Positions 1 through 11,100 of a DNA stretch of 64,000 nucleotides are shown piece by piece. Every line of letters starts with the position of its first letter. Position 1 is the stretch's first letter. The notes under the pieces were generated by a model. It did not search any database and was not told where the DNA came from. It worked only from the letters and a program-made list of their open reading frames with translations. The position numbers were made by a program, and so were the translations under genes. This stretch comes from Cyclobacteriaceae bacterium (GTDB lineage Bacteria > Bacteroidota > Bacteroidia > Cytophagales > Cyclobacteriaceae): the NCBI GenBank assembly GCA_047635055.1, contig JBLIIJ010000008.1, forward strand, positions 1,540 through 65,539. Reading direction: 5' to 3'.

Positions 1-272
1 ACAAGTCTAAATTTATCCACCGACCAGTTTATGATCCTTTATTGGGGGAATGTCGTAGTTATTTGTTGAGTACTTGTGATCAGGAAATATACATAGAGTC
101 GTCAGACGATAATATTTCATTTGATAAATGGGAGCCTATATTCATGGAGGTTTCCAAAAAGTATTCTATAAAAGAACTAGAATCACTCGCAGATCAATGT
201 GGTTTTAGAGTAGTCAGGCACTTATTTGATAAAAGACATTATTATACTGATTCATTTTGGGAAGCAGTTTGA
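1..272 (+). CDS. C-terminal fragment of an EgtD-like (Methyltransf_33, histidine N-alpha-methyltransferase family) SAM-dependent methyltransferase; the 5' end lies outside the window
   Basis: Frame 3 is open from base 3 (KSKFIHRPVYDPLLGECRSYLLS...) to the TGA at 270-272. The start at 42 in the ORF track is only an internal TTG. The tail ...ISFDKWEPIFMEVSKKYSIKELESLADQCGFRVVRHLFD... resembles the C-terminal end of EgtD-type methyltransferases (recalled from memory, not searched). Confidence 0.45.
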   Translation, partial: KSKFIHRPVYDPLLGECRSYLLSTCDQEIYIESSDDNISFDKWEPIFMEVSKKYSIKELESLADQCGFRVVRHLFDKRHYYTDSFWEAV

Positions 273-292
273 ATATTACAGTACTGATGGCT

Positions 293-300
293 TACATTTG
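293..300 (+). promoter_or_regulatory. Bacteroidota sigma-A type -7 box (TAnnTTTG) for tRNA-Leu(GAG)
   Basis: TACATTTG at 293-300 is an exact match to TAnnTTTG and ends 12 nt upstream of the tRNA 5' end. Confidence 0.45.
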
Positions 301-312
301 CAACACTTCAAT

Positions 313-397
313 GCGCACGTGGCGGAATTGGTAGACGCGCCAGGTTGAGGGCCTGGTGACCGTTTTGGTCGTGGAAGTTCGACTCTTCTCGCGCGCA
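313..397 (+). tRNA. tRNA-Leu, anticodon GAG, class II with long variable arm; no encoded CCA
   Basis: Hand-folded: acceptor GCGCACG/CGCGCGC (one A5.C mismatch), D arm GCGG-AATTGGTAG-ACGC, anticodon stem CCAGG/CCTGG with loop TTGAGGG (GAG), 16-nt variable arm, T arm GGAAG-TTCGACT-CTTCT, discriminator A. Confidence 0.85.
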
Positions 398-408
398 CAT
401 TGTTAAAT

Positions 409-434
409 AATCCCGCCTAGTGCGGGATTTTTTG
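409..434 (+). terminator. Intrinsic terminator after tRNA-Leu(GAG)
   Basis: AATCCCGC-ctagt-GCGGGATT stem-loop followed by TTTTT. Confidence 0.7.
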
Positions 435-449
435 TTTAAATTAATCATT

Positions 450-1496
450 ATGCAAGTAGATATTAGTCTTTTAAAAGCAATCTGTGAAACGCCTGGGGCT
501 CCTGGGTTCGAGCAACCTATTCGTCAACTCATAGTTGAAGAAATCAAAAACCACGTGGACGATCTTAAAATAGACAACATGGGGAATATTATTGCTTTGA
601 AAAAAGGGAAAAGCGCAGAGAAAACCGTAATGGTGGCTGCTCATATGGATGAAATAGGCTTCATAGTCTCTCATATCGACGATAAAGGTTTTGTGAGATT
701 TCAAACGCTTGGCGGATTCGATCCCAAAACCTTAACAGCGCAAAGAGTAATTATTCATGGTAAAGAGAGTATTATTGGGGTGATGGGCTGTAAGCCTATT
801 CACGTTATGAAGCCAGAAGAGCGAAATAAACCGCCTAAAATTGATGAATATTTCATCGATTGCGGAATGTCAAAGGAAGAACTGGAGAAAGTGATTGAAA
901 TAGGTAGTCCGATCACCCGCGAGCGAGAATTAATCGAAATGGGTAACTGTGTCAATTGTAAGTCGATAGATAATAGAGTTTCGGTTTATATTTTGGTTGA
1001 AGCGCTCAAAGCGTTATCTCAACCGGCATACGACACGTATGGTGTGTTTACGGTTCAGGAAGAAGTAGGTATTCGAGGTGCCAACGTAGCAGCACATTCA
1101 TTAAATCCTGATTTTGGCATAGCCTTAGATACAACAATCGCGTACGATTTACCAGGAGCTCAACCTCATGAGCAAGTGACTGCTTTAGGTCAGGGAACGG
1201 CTGTAAAAATTATGGATGCCATGACGATTTGTGATACGCGAATGGTGGCTTTCTTAAAGAAAACGGCTGATGCTCATGGTATTAAATGGCAACCCGAAAT
1301 ATTGGCAGCAGGAGGAACAGATACTGCAGGTGTACAAAGAATGGGTAAAAATGGATCAATTGCTGGTGCTATTTCAATACCCACAAGGCATTTACATCAA
1401 GTAATTGAAATGGCCGATAAAGATGATATTATAGGGTCGATTAAGTTGCTTATGGCAGCATTGAATGATTTAGATCAACCAACATGGACTTATTGA
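450..1496 (+). CDS. M42 family metallo-aminopeptidase (FrvX/YsdC/PepA-like glutamyl aminopeptidase/endoglucanase family)
   Basis: MQVDISLLKAICETPGAPGFEQPIRQ..., metal-ligand motifs AAHMDEIGF and QEEVGIRGA, ...TDTAG.... The ORF-track start at 420 is a GTG inside the tRNA terminator hairpin, so ATG 450 is preferred. Confidence 0.85.
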   Translation: MQVDISLLKAICETPGAPGFEQPIRQLIVEEIKNHVDDLKIDNMGNIIALKKGKSAEKTVMVAAHMDEIGFIVSHIDDKGFVRFQTLGGFDPKTLTAQRVIIHGKESIIGVMGCKPIHVMKPEERNKPPKIDEYFIDCGMSKEELEKVIEIGSPITRERELIEMGNCVNCKSIDNRVSVYILVEALKALSQPAYDTYGVFTVQEEVGIRGANVAAHSLNPDFGIALDTTIAYDLPGAQPHEQVTALGQGTAVKIMDAMTICDTRMVAFLKKTADAHGIKWQPEILAAGGTDTAGVQRMGKNGSIAGAISIPTRHLHQVIEMADKDDIIGSIKLLMAALNDLDQPTWTY

Positions 1497-2092
1497 AATA
1501 TACTGTAACGGTTTGCCTTATAGCGATTTCATTCTTAGCTATTGCTCAGGATAATACGCTGGTCTTTACTGGCATAATACTCGATAATGATAAGTTGAAG
1601 CCAGTAGTAGGAAGTACTATACTTAATCAATCGCGGGGAGGGGGAGCAGTTTCTGATAGTGCTGGCTTATTTACAATTGAAGCAATGAAAGGCGATACCT
1701 TGCTCTTTAGCGATGTGAGATTTGTCAATACCACGCTTGTAGTCCCAGTTATTTTGACAGGATCTACCTATGGTATAATTCAAGTTTTAATTAATAAATC
1801 AGTCGTTCTTGACGCAGTAAATGTTTACTCTATGCCAAGTGAAGATAAGTTCAAGCAAGTATTTGTGTCTTTGGACTTAAAGCCCACTATAGATCAACGG
1901 GCTGTAGAAGCAAAGAAAAGTCTTAGAGCTACGCTTAGAGAAGCTTATAATGATGAAAAGTATTACTATGACATTTGGGCCAATCGAAGCATATACGAGT
2001 TGTCTCATGAGATCCCTCCGAACTACTTACTAGACCCCATTCGCTGGTCACAGTTTATAAGTGATTTCAGAGCGGAAGAGCGGAAGAAATAA
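1484..2092 (+). CDS. Secreted protein with a carboxypeptidase-regulatory-like (CarboxypepD_reg) beta-sandwich domain
   Basis: N-terminal signal peptide (VTVCLIAISFLAIAQ). FTGIILDNDKLKPVVGSTILNQSRGGGAVSDSAGLFTIEAMKGDTLLFSDVRF matches the CarboxypepD_reg pattern. Overlaps the M42 stop by 13 nt. Confidence 0.6.
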   Translation: MDLLKYTVTVCLIAISFLAIAQDNTLVFTGIILDNDKLKPVVGSTILNQSRGGGAVSDSAGLFTIEAMKGDTLLFSDVRFVNTTLVVPVILTGSTYGIIQVLINKSVVLDAVNVYSMPSEDKFKQVFVSLDLKPTIDQRAVEAKKSLRATLREAYNDEKYYYDIWANRSIYELSHEIPPNYLLDPIRWSQFISDFRAEERKK

Positions 2093-2127
2093 AAAAAAAT
2101 ACCGAGCTAGCTCGGTATTTTTTTTTA
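2092..2127. terminator. Bidirectional intrinsic terminator between convergent genes
   Basis: Perfect 16-nt palindrome ACCGAGCTAGCTCGGT (2101-2116), flanked by an A-run on the left and a T-run on the right. Confidence 0.8.
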
Positions 2128-2150
2128 TTTCAAAAGATAGTAATTGATTA

Positions 2151-2723
2151 TTATTCTTGTTCCTTAGGAGCTGTTTGAGCATGGTTTCCATGTCCATAGC
2201 TGTGAGTTATCTTTTCTGTTTGAGCTAGAAGTAACGCTGAGATAATGAAAACCATATGAATGACAATTTCGATAATGATACCTTCTGCACCTGCTTTTTC
2301 CTTCGCCTCTCGGTAATCTATAAATGTTTTAAGCAATTGTACACCAGATATTGAGGCTAGTGAAGTTGCCAGTTTGATTTTCAATTGACCAGCGTCTAAG
2401 TCTTCTAACCATAATGGTTTGTCATCGTGAGAGTCTACATCTATTCGGCTAGTGAATATAGAATAACCACCAATACTCACCATAACGATAAGATTCATAA
2501 CCATTGAAATATCAACAAGACCTAAGATTCTTAGCATCATCTCTGTTTCATGGAGATGAGCTGTTTCTTGAAATGTGATAAATAGTTCTTGGAAGAACTT
2601 AAAAAGATATAGGAATGAACCAATGATCAGTCCTGCGTAAAGTGGGGCCTGCACCCATCTACTCCAAAACATGAATCCTTCGAAGAAATTCTCGAATTTT
2701 TTAAGCCTGCTATTATTACCCAT
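2151..2723 (-). CDS. yqhA: YqhA/UPF0114 family inner-membrane protein
   Basis: FMFWSRWVQAPLYAGLIIGSFLYLFKFFQELF...LVDISMVMNLIVMVSIGGYSIF...LKIKLATSLASISGVQLLKTF is collinear with E. coli YqhA (SRWLLAPVYFGL...FFQE...LVDMTLVGGLL...). Confidence 0.8.
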   Translation of the reverse strand: MGNNSRLKKFENFFEGFMFWSRWVQAPLYAGLIIGSFLYLFKFFQELFITFQETAHLHETEMMLRILGLVDISMVMNLIVMVSIGGYSIFTSRIDVDSHDDKPLWLEDLDAGQLKIKLATSLASISGVQLLKTFIDYREAKEKAGAEGIIIEIVIHMVFIISALLLAQTEKITHSYGHGNHAQTAPKEQE

Positions 2724-2797
2724 AGTTAGTTAAGTCAGTTAATCCGGTGAAAGATAAAACAATAATAAGAAGGCTAGAAGTCCAAGACTGGAAAAGA

Positions 2798-3136
2798 TTA
2801 GATCAATTTTATCACACAGGTATTTAGCACTAAATCATGAAGCGCTTTTTTGTCATGAGTGAAAGCTACGGTTAAGTAGGAGATAAAAATTAAGGGGGCA
2901 AAAAGTGCTTTGAGCAATGATCGACTAATAATTCTAGACCAATGAAAAGTCTGATCTTGATTGTAAATAATTTTTAGGCCACAAAAATGTTTACCTATGG
3001 TTCCGTCCTTCTGCTTTTCTCCGCTTCCTGATATCAGACTCCACAGGGAGTCATAAATAATGAACGTGATAAAACAATATGAATACAATGAAGTGTCTTC
3101 CAGACTAAGCAAACGTCCTATATAAAAAAGAATCAC
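2798..3136 (-). CDS. RDD family membrane protein. The annotated GTG start is probably not the real N-terminus (see finding).
   Basis: DGTIGKHFCGLKIIYNQDQ...SRIISRSLLKALF fits the RDD family core. RDD-like sequence (YASLWERIIATNIDLTILVIL) continues in frame upstream to the stop at 3245-3247 without any ATG, GTG or TTG. Confidence 0.6.
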   Translation of the reverse strand: MILFYIGRLLSLEDTSLYSYCFITFIIYDSLWSLISGSGEKQKDGTIGKHFCGLKIIYNQDQTFHWSRIISRSLLKALFAPLIFISYLTVAFTHDKKALHDLVLNTCVIKLI

Positions 3137-3247
3137 AAGAATCGTTAAGTCAATGTTGGTAGCAATTATTCTTTCCCAAAGGGACGCATATTTGTACTTG
3201 TGATTTCCGATTGGTTCTATAGGTTTTGAAATTCCAATGGTAACTTA

Positions 3248-3434
3248 ATGTTTAAAAATGGATACCTTAAAGTCATCCGAACAATTATTTTTGAAAAGAA
3301 TAATCTTGGTTCAAAATTCATTAATGAGGAGATCGGAATAGTTAGTAAATCGATTAGACGATTCTTGCTTAAAAGGAGAAGTATATTTCACACTGGATGA
3401 ACTTTTTTCACTTTCAACAAATGTTATCTTCTAA
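3248..3434 (+). pseudogene. Frameshifted XRE/Cro-type helix-turn-helix gene remnant
   Basis: ATG 3248 opens MFKNGYLKVIRTIIFEKNNLGSKFINEEIGIVSKSIRRFLLK. After the A4 run at 3371-3374 the HTH-like sequence continues in the +1 frame as GEVYFTLDELFSLSTNVIF*, with the stop at 3432-3434. Joined, the two parts read like a 70-aa XRE HTH protein. As written, frame 1 stops at 3398-3400. Confidence 0.4.
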
Positions 3435-4329
3435 TCAGATGAACTTAGAGCATTAGATATTTTTATAAAGTACCCCACTTTATTTCTTTACGACGGTACG
3501 CTTTTTTTAGGTCAACTACTATATGCTTAAATTGTATGTGTCCTTTCATTACCAGAAATATTAATATGATAAAGGTTCCAGGTTTTTAATTAATAAAAGC
3601 TAACCTAAGTAGTTGTCTAGTAAGGCCAACTTTTTATGTCATTTACCTTATGCCTAAAGGCTCAGACAATAGCTAAAAATGAGTCGCTGAAATTTAAAAT
3701 GGAGATGCGCTGAAATTGATAAAGTATTTAATATTCGTGGTAAAGAAAGATGTAGGCAGGGGCTAATGCTACTAAGTGAAAATTTAAGTGCTAGGGTGCT
3801 GACGTAGGGACAATGCCGTATGAATATGAAAGACTTTTGATGAAAAAAATAATGCGTCAATACGACATGGAGCAAGGAGGTACGTAGAGTGAGGATGCAG
3901 GCTACTTTCTCACTCAAACATGTTGTAAGTAATGAGCTGGTGAAAACGAAAAGACTAAACAGACAAATATGATGATGATAGAGTTAAAATATTTTGTGGA
4001 TTATAATGCCATGTAAATCATTGAAAAATGGTGACTAGTTCAGATTTGTATTTTTTTATTGCTCTAGTGATTAGTGGAACCCGAGAAATAAATGGGTGCT
4101 AGGTACACTTATCTTGAAACGAGGAAGCTCACGGCCAGAGTAAGTTCCTTCGCTATTTCAATATATTTATAATTTGCCATCAATCTGGAAAACGTATATT
4201 TTCAGAATGGGATAAAGGTTTTCAGTGCACAGTATTCTAGGTATAATTCAATTATTATTGTCTTAAAATCTATTATTTTAGTAGTTTTAAAATCATTTTG
4301 CATTTTGTCAATTTGACTAACCCATTAAT

Positions 4330-5169
4330 ATGAAACGAATTCACCCTTTTCTCATTGCCTTTTTTGTGTTTTCTATCTCGGTAAACGCGCAAACTGTAAT
4401 GTCTGTAGATGCCGATATTGAAGACTTTGATTTAGTGGTGACATATAATGTCGCAGGTTTAGGGTCTGGTCAGCTATTCGATGTACAGCTTTATAGTAGC
4501 AAAGATAATTTTGGACAACCACTGTCAGGGGATAATATCCAAGGTGTAGTTGGATACGGTATTGTTATAGAATCTACGAATAAGATTGTGGTCAAGAATC
4601 CACTTGATGTTTTAGAAGGGATTTCAAATGTGAACTTTAAAGTCAAGTTGGAGATGGTTTATAATCCGGTTACGCTTCGTGAGCCTGCAGGTGTATCTTT
4701 TGTCCAGAAAAAAAAGAAACCTATGAAAGTGGTGTGGAGAGGAGGGCTGAAAAGTGAGTCCGTAAAGTTCGACTTATATCGTTATGATGAATTGGTGAAA
4801 AATGATTTCTACCTGACAAGGAATAGTGGTTCTGCAGAATTCAAAATGCCTAATGTTGATAAAGGAGCTGGTTATATTATGAAAATGGAATTTAATAGTA
4901 TGGATAGCCCAATTGAGCTGCCCCCTCTTACTGTTAAACCAAAAAAGTCAGCTGCAGCCCGAATATTTAATATCGCCTTGTTATTGGTTGTTGTTGATGC
5001 GGGGCTGTACTTCGGCGCAGACACGGGCTTTCTGTTCAAAAGTATCTTGGGTGAGGAGACGATTCCGACAGTCCTTCCTCCGACTACTACAGACGATCCG
5101 CTTCCCGATGCACCTGATGCACCTGGACGCGCTAGAGGCTTAGCCTTCACCATCCCCTTCCTTAATTAA
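4330..5169 (+). CDS. Hypothetical secreted protein, C-terminally membrane-anchored, with a Pro-rich tail
   Basis: Signal peptide MKRIHPFLIAFFVFSISVNAQ, about 190 aa of beta-rich sequence, a hydrophobic helix IFNIALLLVVVDAGLYF, then PTVLPPTTTDDPLPDAPDAPG. The stop is 21 nt before the giant ORF. Confidence 0.6.
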   Translation: MKRIHPFLIAFFVFSISVNAQTVMSVDADIEDFDLVVTYNVAGLGSGQLFDVQLYSSKDNFGQPLSGDNIQGVVGYGIVIESTNKIVVKNPLDVLEGISNVNFKVKLEMVYNPVTLREPAGVSFVQKKKKPMKVVWRGGLKSESVKFDLYRYDELVKNDFYLTRNSGSAEFKMPNVDKGAGYIMKMEFNSMDSPIELPPLTVKPKKSAAARIFNIALLLVVVDAGLYFGADTGFLFKSILGEETIPTVLPPTTTDDPLPDAPDAPGRARGLAFTIPFLN

Positions 5170-5190
5170 TTTTCACAGCCAGATTAACAA

Positions 5191-8100
5191 ATGATGAATT
5201 TATTAAATAAATCAATAAATATGAAGTTGATTGCTGCTTTAGGGTTTTCCTTGTTATTAGTAATCAATACTTTGTCTGCACAAGAAGATTGGCAGGAAAT
5301 AGGAGAGATACCTGGTCTTTCTGGTGCTGCGTTTTCTGGTTTGCATGTGGATATAAGTGGCGATGGTAATAGAGTTGTTGTGGGGGGGAATTATCAAACT
5401 AATTCAGCCTCAAGATCTCCTTACATAGCTGTTTATGAATATAATGGCACAAGTTGGAATTTGGTCAATTCCCTCATATCACTGCCAATTAGAGCAAACG
5501 ATGCTAAGATTTCTGAGGATGGTAAACGAATTGCTATTGCTGTTCCTGCGGAAACGGGTATTGACTTTGCATACGTTGCAGTGTATGAAGACACTGGTTC
5601 CAACTGGGTTCAGTTGGGGAGTAATATTTTTAGTGCTCAAACGGATGGATCATTTGGTAAAAAAATTAGCGCATCTTCAGATTGCCTACGAATTGCAATA
5701 GGATATCAATCTGACGATACCAATGCTAATAATGCTGGAAGTGTATTGGTGTATAGTTATGAAGGTTCAGATTGGGTTCAAGCGGGGCAAACGATTTTTG
5801 GAAGTCAGAGTAACTCAAATACGGGCATAGATGTTGCTTTATCCGGGGACGGGTTAAGCTTATTGGTGTCCGACAGGTTGGCTACCAATGAAGGTCAACT
5901 GACCATATTTGGTTTTGAAAATGAGCAGTGGATTCAAAAAGGAAATATAATAAAAAGTGGTGTAGCAGAATCTGGGTTCGGATCAACCTTGTCAATCAAT
6001 GATGATGGTTCAATTATCGCAGCGGGATCAAGTTTTGTTACGAACACATCAAGAGCTTCTCAGTACGTGCGCGTTTTTGAATTAATAGGTAGTTTTTGGG
6101 GTCAACGAGGGCAAGATTTAAAATCCAATATTAGAGAAGATTTATATGGGTCAAGCATTGCGCTAAACTCGAGTGGCTCTAGAGTTGTAGTTTCAGCTGG
6201 TCCCTTCGATTTAACAGAATCTCCTGTTCAGGGGCTTATATATGCTTACGAGTTTGAAAATGAATCATGGAAAGAATTAGGGAGTAATATTAAAATATCT
6301 TTGGGTTCCAGTGGAGGTCCGGATGTTGCAATTTCCTCAGATGGGTTGATGATTTGTGCGGGCGATCCTATAGGAATCGAATTCGCTGGAAGAACTGTTG
6401 TTTTTCAGGTTATAAGTGATTTATTAGCAAATTATTCTTTCACAGGAAGTTTCTTAGATAATTCGATCAATAGTAATATTGCGACAAATTCGGGTGGTGT
6501 TTTGACTACTGATAGATTTGGAAAGTCTGAATCTGCAATCTTCTTTGATGGAGTAAGTCAAGTCTCCTCTCCTCTCACAAGTCAACCAACGGCTATCTCT
6601 CTTTGGTATAAAGCAGATCAATCGGGAGGAACTATTTTTTCATGGGGCGAAGAAGAATCCCTTGGTTACCAGTATGGTTATCAATTGAGTTCAACCAATG
6701 CTGGTTTATTGTTTTATTTATCATTATTTGATGGTGCTAACTCTCCTTATAGTACTACTGTTTCATTGGCGTCAGTGAGTGATAATGATTGGCATCAATT
6801 TGTAATGACAAACGAATCAGGAGTCTTACGCTTTTACATTGACAATGTATTTGTTCAATCTTATACCCCTTCTTCGGATCAAATCTATTGGGAGGGAAGT
6901 AGCGGACAATTGGTCTTTGGCGAAAGCTTTCAAGGTACTATTGACGATATCACATTCTATTCTGAGGCTCTCACTAGCCTAGAAATAGAAGAAGCATTTG
7001 TTGATGCAGGTGGAGCTGTTCTTATTGCCGATTATGGTTTTACTGGGAATGTAAATGATAATTCTGGATTAAGTAATAATGGCGTAAATTTCGGCGCAAC
7101 ATTTACCACCGATCGTTTTGGTTTTGGATCGAGTGCATTAAGCTTTTTTAGCGATTATGTATCTGTTAATAACACAGAAAGTCTTGCAGACTTGTCGGGA
7201 TCTTATAGCGCTTCAATGTGGGTGAATATTCAATCGGCAACACCACCGGCTCAAATGACTATTATAAGTAAGGGGCTTAATCCTGATGATGATACCAATA
7301 CTAACTTGTCAGTTTATGTCAACACCGACCTTACTTTAACATTCTTTTGGGAGGACGAATTTGATCAAGATAATATTATAACCACGACTGAATCACTTGC
7401 GCCTTTCAGATATTATTTAATTTCTGTAACCGTAGACACTGAAAGCAATATATCTAGTGTGTATGTAGATAAAGAATTGGTTGCATTCGAGACTTTCCTA
7501 TCACCACCCTCATCAAATATTGATCCCCTTTATATAGGTGCGGCGTTTACAGAAAACACACGTGGTAATTTCTTTTTTGGAGTCATCGATGATATTAAAA
7601 TTTACAACAATAAAGTTTTAAGCCTAGAGGAGATTAGTACGGCATATGAAGTAAACGGATGGAACCCTGATCTATTAGGAGATTTTACTTTTAATGGAGG
7701 GGCTGGTGACGAATCAAATAATGCGAATATTGGGTCCACTATTGGTTCAGGCATATCTCTAGCCCAAAATCGATTTGGGAATGATAATAATGCATTTTTA
7801 TTTGGCGGTGCTGGTTATGTAGCTCACCCGCACATTGATTCATACACTTTAGGTCAGACCAGCGATTTCTCGATTTCCGGTTGGTTTAATAGTAGCAGTA
7901 CTAGCAATGGTGTCATGTTTGATAAATCGGACGGGTCAGTTGGTTATTTTGTCCAATTGAGTGCAAATGGTTCAATACAGTTTTCACTTAACTCTACGGA
8001 TGAGTCATTCAACCTTAATACAAATGCTGGGTACAACGACGGAAAATGGCATTACTTCGTGGCTCAAGCGGATAGAAATGCTAACATTTCCATAATTGTT

Positions 8101-11100
8101 GATGGATTTAATATTTTTTCTAATTCATTAATAACCGAGAATGTAGGCTTTGATACAAGTGAGGATCTTTTAATTGGAGCGAATGCTGGTGCAGGTAATG
8201 CGAATCCAAATTCACTATTTAGCGGTAGTCTAGATGATATTCAATTTTGGTCAAGATTACTTACCGCAAAGGAAGTAGGCGATGTGTATAATAATGGTGT
8301 AGCGTCTGTTTCAATTGTAGGATCAACATTGTCCACAAATATAGACTTGGAGTTGCAAGGTTCATTAGGACAGACATTCTCTGCTTGGAGTACAGTTATT
8401 GATGTGCTTGAACCAGGCCCAGTGAATTTTTACTATAACGGGACTAGTGAAAGTATATATGGTGATTCTGATTTGGATGGGCTACTCGAAGTGGGAGGGA
8501 CAGATATTTCGATATCTAAAGCAGGGCAGTATTACGTTTCTGTTCGGCCTTCAACAAATGAATATGTTATCTCGGAGATTACTTCTGTTGGGGTTTTAGG
8601 TGATGCCATCGGTGGGTCTGATGTAGATGATACAAATTTGATACATTTGGGTAGTGGTGTCTATTTAATAGAGTCTATTAATTTATCCGATGGAGAAATT
8701 AAGTTCCGAGCCAATGATACTTGGGACGTCAACTGGGGTGATGATGATCCAAATGGTATTGTCTCTGCGCAGCTTTTAGCAACTTTCGAGGAAGAATCCC
8801 CCGCTTTTGTGTCGTTTGGAGGGAATCAAACACAGGTAATTTCCAACCCTGATGCCTCAGGCATTAATACTTCAGGTAGTGTTGTAGAGACGGTAAGAGG
8901 GAGTGAGTTATTCGGAGGTACATTTTTTGATGTTGAAGAGAAATTAGAACTCACCACAGAAAGTACTATTACACTCAAGGTGTGGGCTCCAGAAGAGGGC
9001 TTTACTTTCCGAATTAAACTTGAAGACAAGTCTAATTCTAATATTTTTCAGGAATTTGATCTGCCAATACCAGTTTCTCAGGAATGGACAGTCTTGACGT
9101 TTTCTTTAAATAATGATGTACTTGGAATGCCTGCTGCTTCTCAAGCATACGATAGGATCGTATTTTTCCCGGGTTACGATGCGCCAACGGAAGGCAGTGT
9201 ATTTTACTTTGATGATGTTATTTTAGGTTACGAAAATGCTACTGTCTTCGGTGGAAATATTCCAATAACTGAGGGTAAATACGTCATCTTCTTCGACGTG
9301 GTGGAAAATGTTTATTCCATTTTTAATTCATCTAAATCCGGGATAAACTTATTAGATCAAGAAATAATTGCTTCGACTGGGTTATATACTGATTCTGGAG
9401 GTGCTGAAAATGATTACACATCTTACGAAGATTACTTAACAACCATTTACCCTGAAATAGGAGGAGAGGCCATTCAGCTAGAATTCACGGAATTCAATGT
9501 GGAGACCAATTATGATTTCCTTTATGTTTTTGATGGTACTGATATTGGCGCACCGCTCATTGGAGTATACAGTGGAAATATTAATGAGAGTGGATCAAAT
9601 GTGCCAGATATAATCACAGCTACGAATAACAATGGCGCATTAACCACGAGATTTGTTTCTGATCAATTGGTAAATACCTCTGGTTGGCAAGCCAACATTT
9701 CTACAGTTTTGCTTCCGGCACCTGAGATTGTTGCGGAGTATTTTTTTAATGACAATGTAGAAGATAATAGCGGCCTAGGAAATAACGGAGTAAATAATAA
9801 TGCCGTTTATGTCGAAGGTCGATTGCCAATAGACCTTTATGGTGGAGCGTATTCATTTGATGGATCCACGGCTTACTTGGCAGTTCAAGATAGCTGGAGT
9901 CTTAGCCGCGCCACAGAGAATGATTTTTCGGTTTCAGGTTGGTTTAAATCAAGTGATAATGGAATTTTGTTTGATAAATCAGATGGTTTTACAGGATACT
10001 TTGGAGCACTCCAATCAACAGGGTCCCTGTTTTTCTATATGGTTGAAGATGGTTTCGGTGTGGCTTCTGTTGAGACAACCTCTACATGGAATGATGGTAA
10101 TTGGCATTTTTTCACAATGGAAGCTGATAGAGACACAGGATTGGCTATTTACGTAGACAATAATCTTGATGCATCAAGTAATGGAGTATCTGATGCGTTC
10201 TCAGTGACAACTTCAGAAGATTTATTAATTGGAGTCGCTGGACAAGCGGGAAATACGAACCTCAATGGTTTTTTTAGTGGCGAGTTAGATGACTTTAGAC
10301 TTCATTCAAAAGTACTTACGCCTAGCGAAAAATTCGAATTGTATAATGTCGATAATTGGTTTGATTCTGTCAACCTTCTTTCCTATTTGAAGTATTCTGG
10401 AAATGATCTGGATGAGCAAAGTCCCGGAAATTCGGGAATAACATTTACCGGTACCTTGCAATCGGATAGATTTGAAAACGAAAGTAGCGCCCTATTCTTG
10501 GACGGCATCTCTCAATATAATGCGCACACTTCAGAAGTTTTCTTACAGGCATCCAAACCTAGCTTAGATCAGAGTGGGAGTATATCGGTTTGGATAAATC
10601 CAGAAAGTAATCCAACGGGAACATACACGATATACCAGTTCGTCAATCCAGGTACTTTTGCGCGGTTCATGACAGAATTGAATTTAGAATCTGATGGACG
10701 ATTAGGCGTTACTATGTGGGGTGTTAATAGTTCAAACCTAACAATGCCAAGTAATGCTCAAATAAAACTTCAAAGCTGGACGCATGTTGCGGCAACTTGG
10801 GATGTCCCTAATGGTGTTTTGGAAGTATATATAAATGGTGTTTTGGATAACAGTGTTGATATTTCAACGGTCGTGCCTGTTCCTCTAGAATCTGGGATGA
10901 ATTTTATTAAGGGTTATAATCTCACGTCATCAGCAAATTATTATCAAGGAGGTCTCGATGATATTAAAGTTTTTAAGAATAGATTAAATGGGCAACAAGT
11001 CCTTGAAATATTTAACGAGGGCGGCTGGCCATCGCAATTAGTTACAGATATCACCGCTATTATTAGTTCTGATACCGACTCCAGAGAGGTCACTCTAAGG

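Noticed and set aside
420-449. N-terminal extension of the M42 peptidase ORF (GTG 420)
   Set aside because: The extension is encoded by the tRNA terminator hairpin. The family-typical N-terminus starts at ATG 450.
3654-3917. 87-aa minus-strand ORF in the gene desert
   Set aside because: Composition is skewed (Leu/Ser/His/Phe-rich), it has no motif, and it sits in an AT-rich non-coding context.
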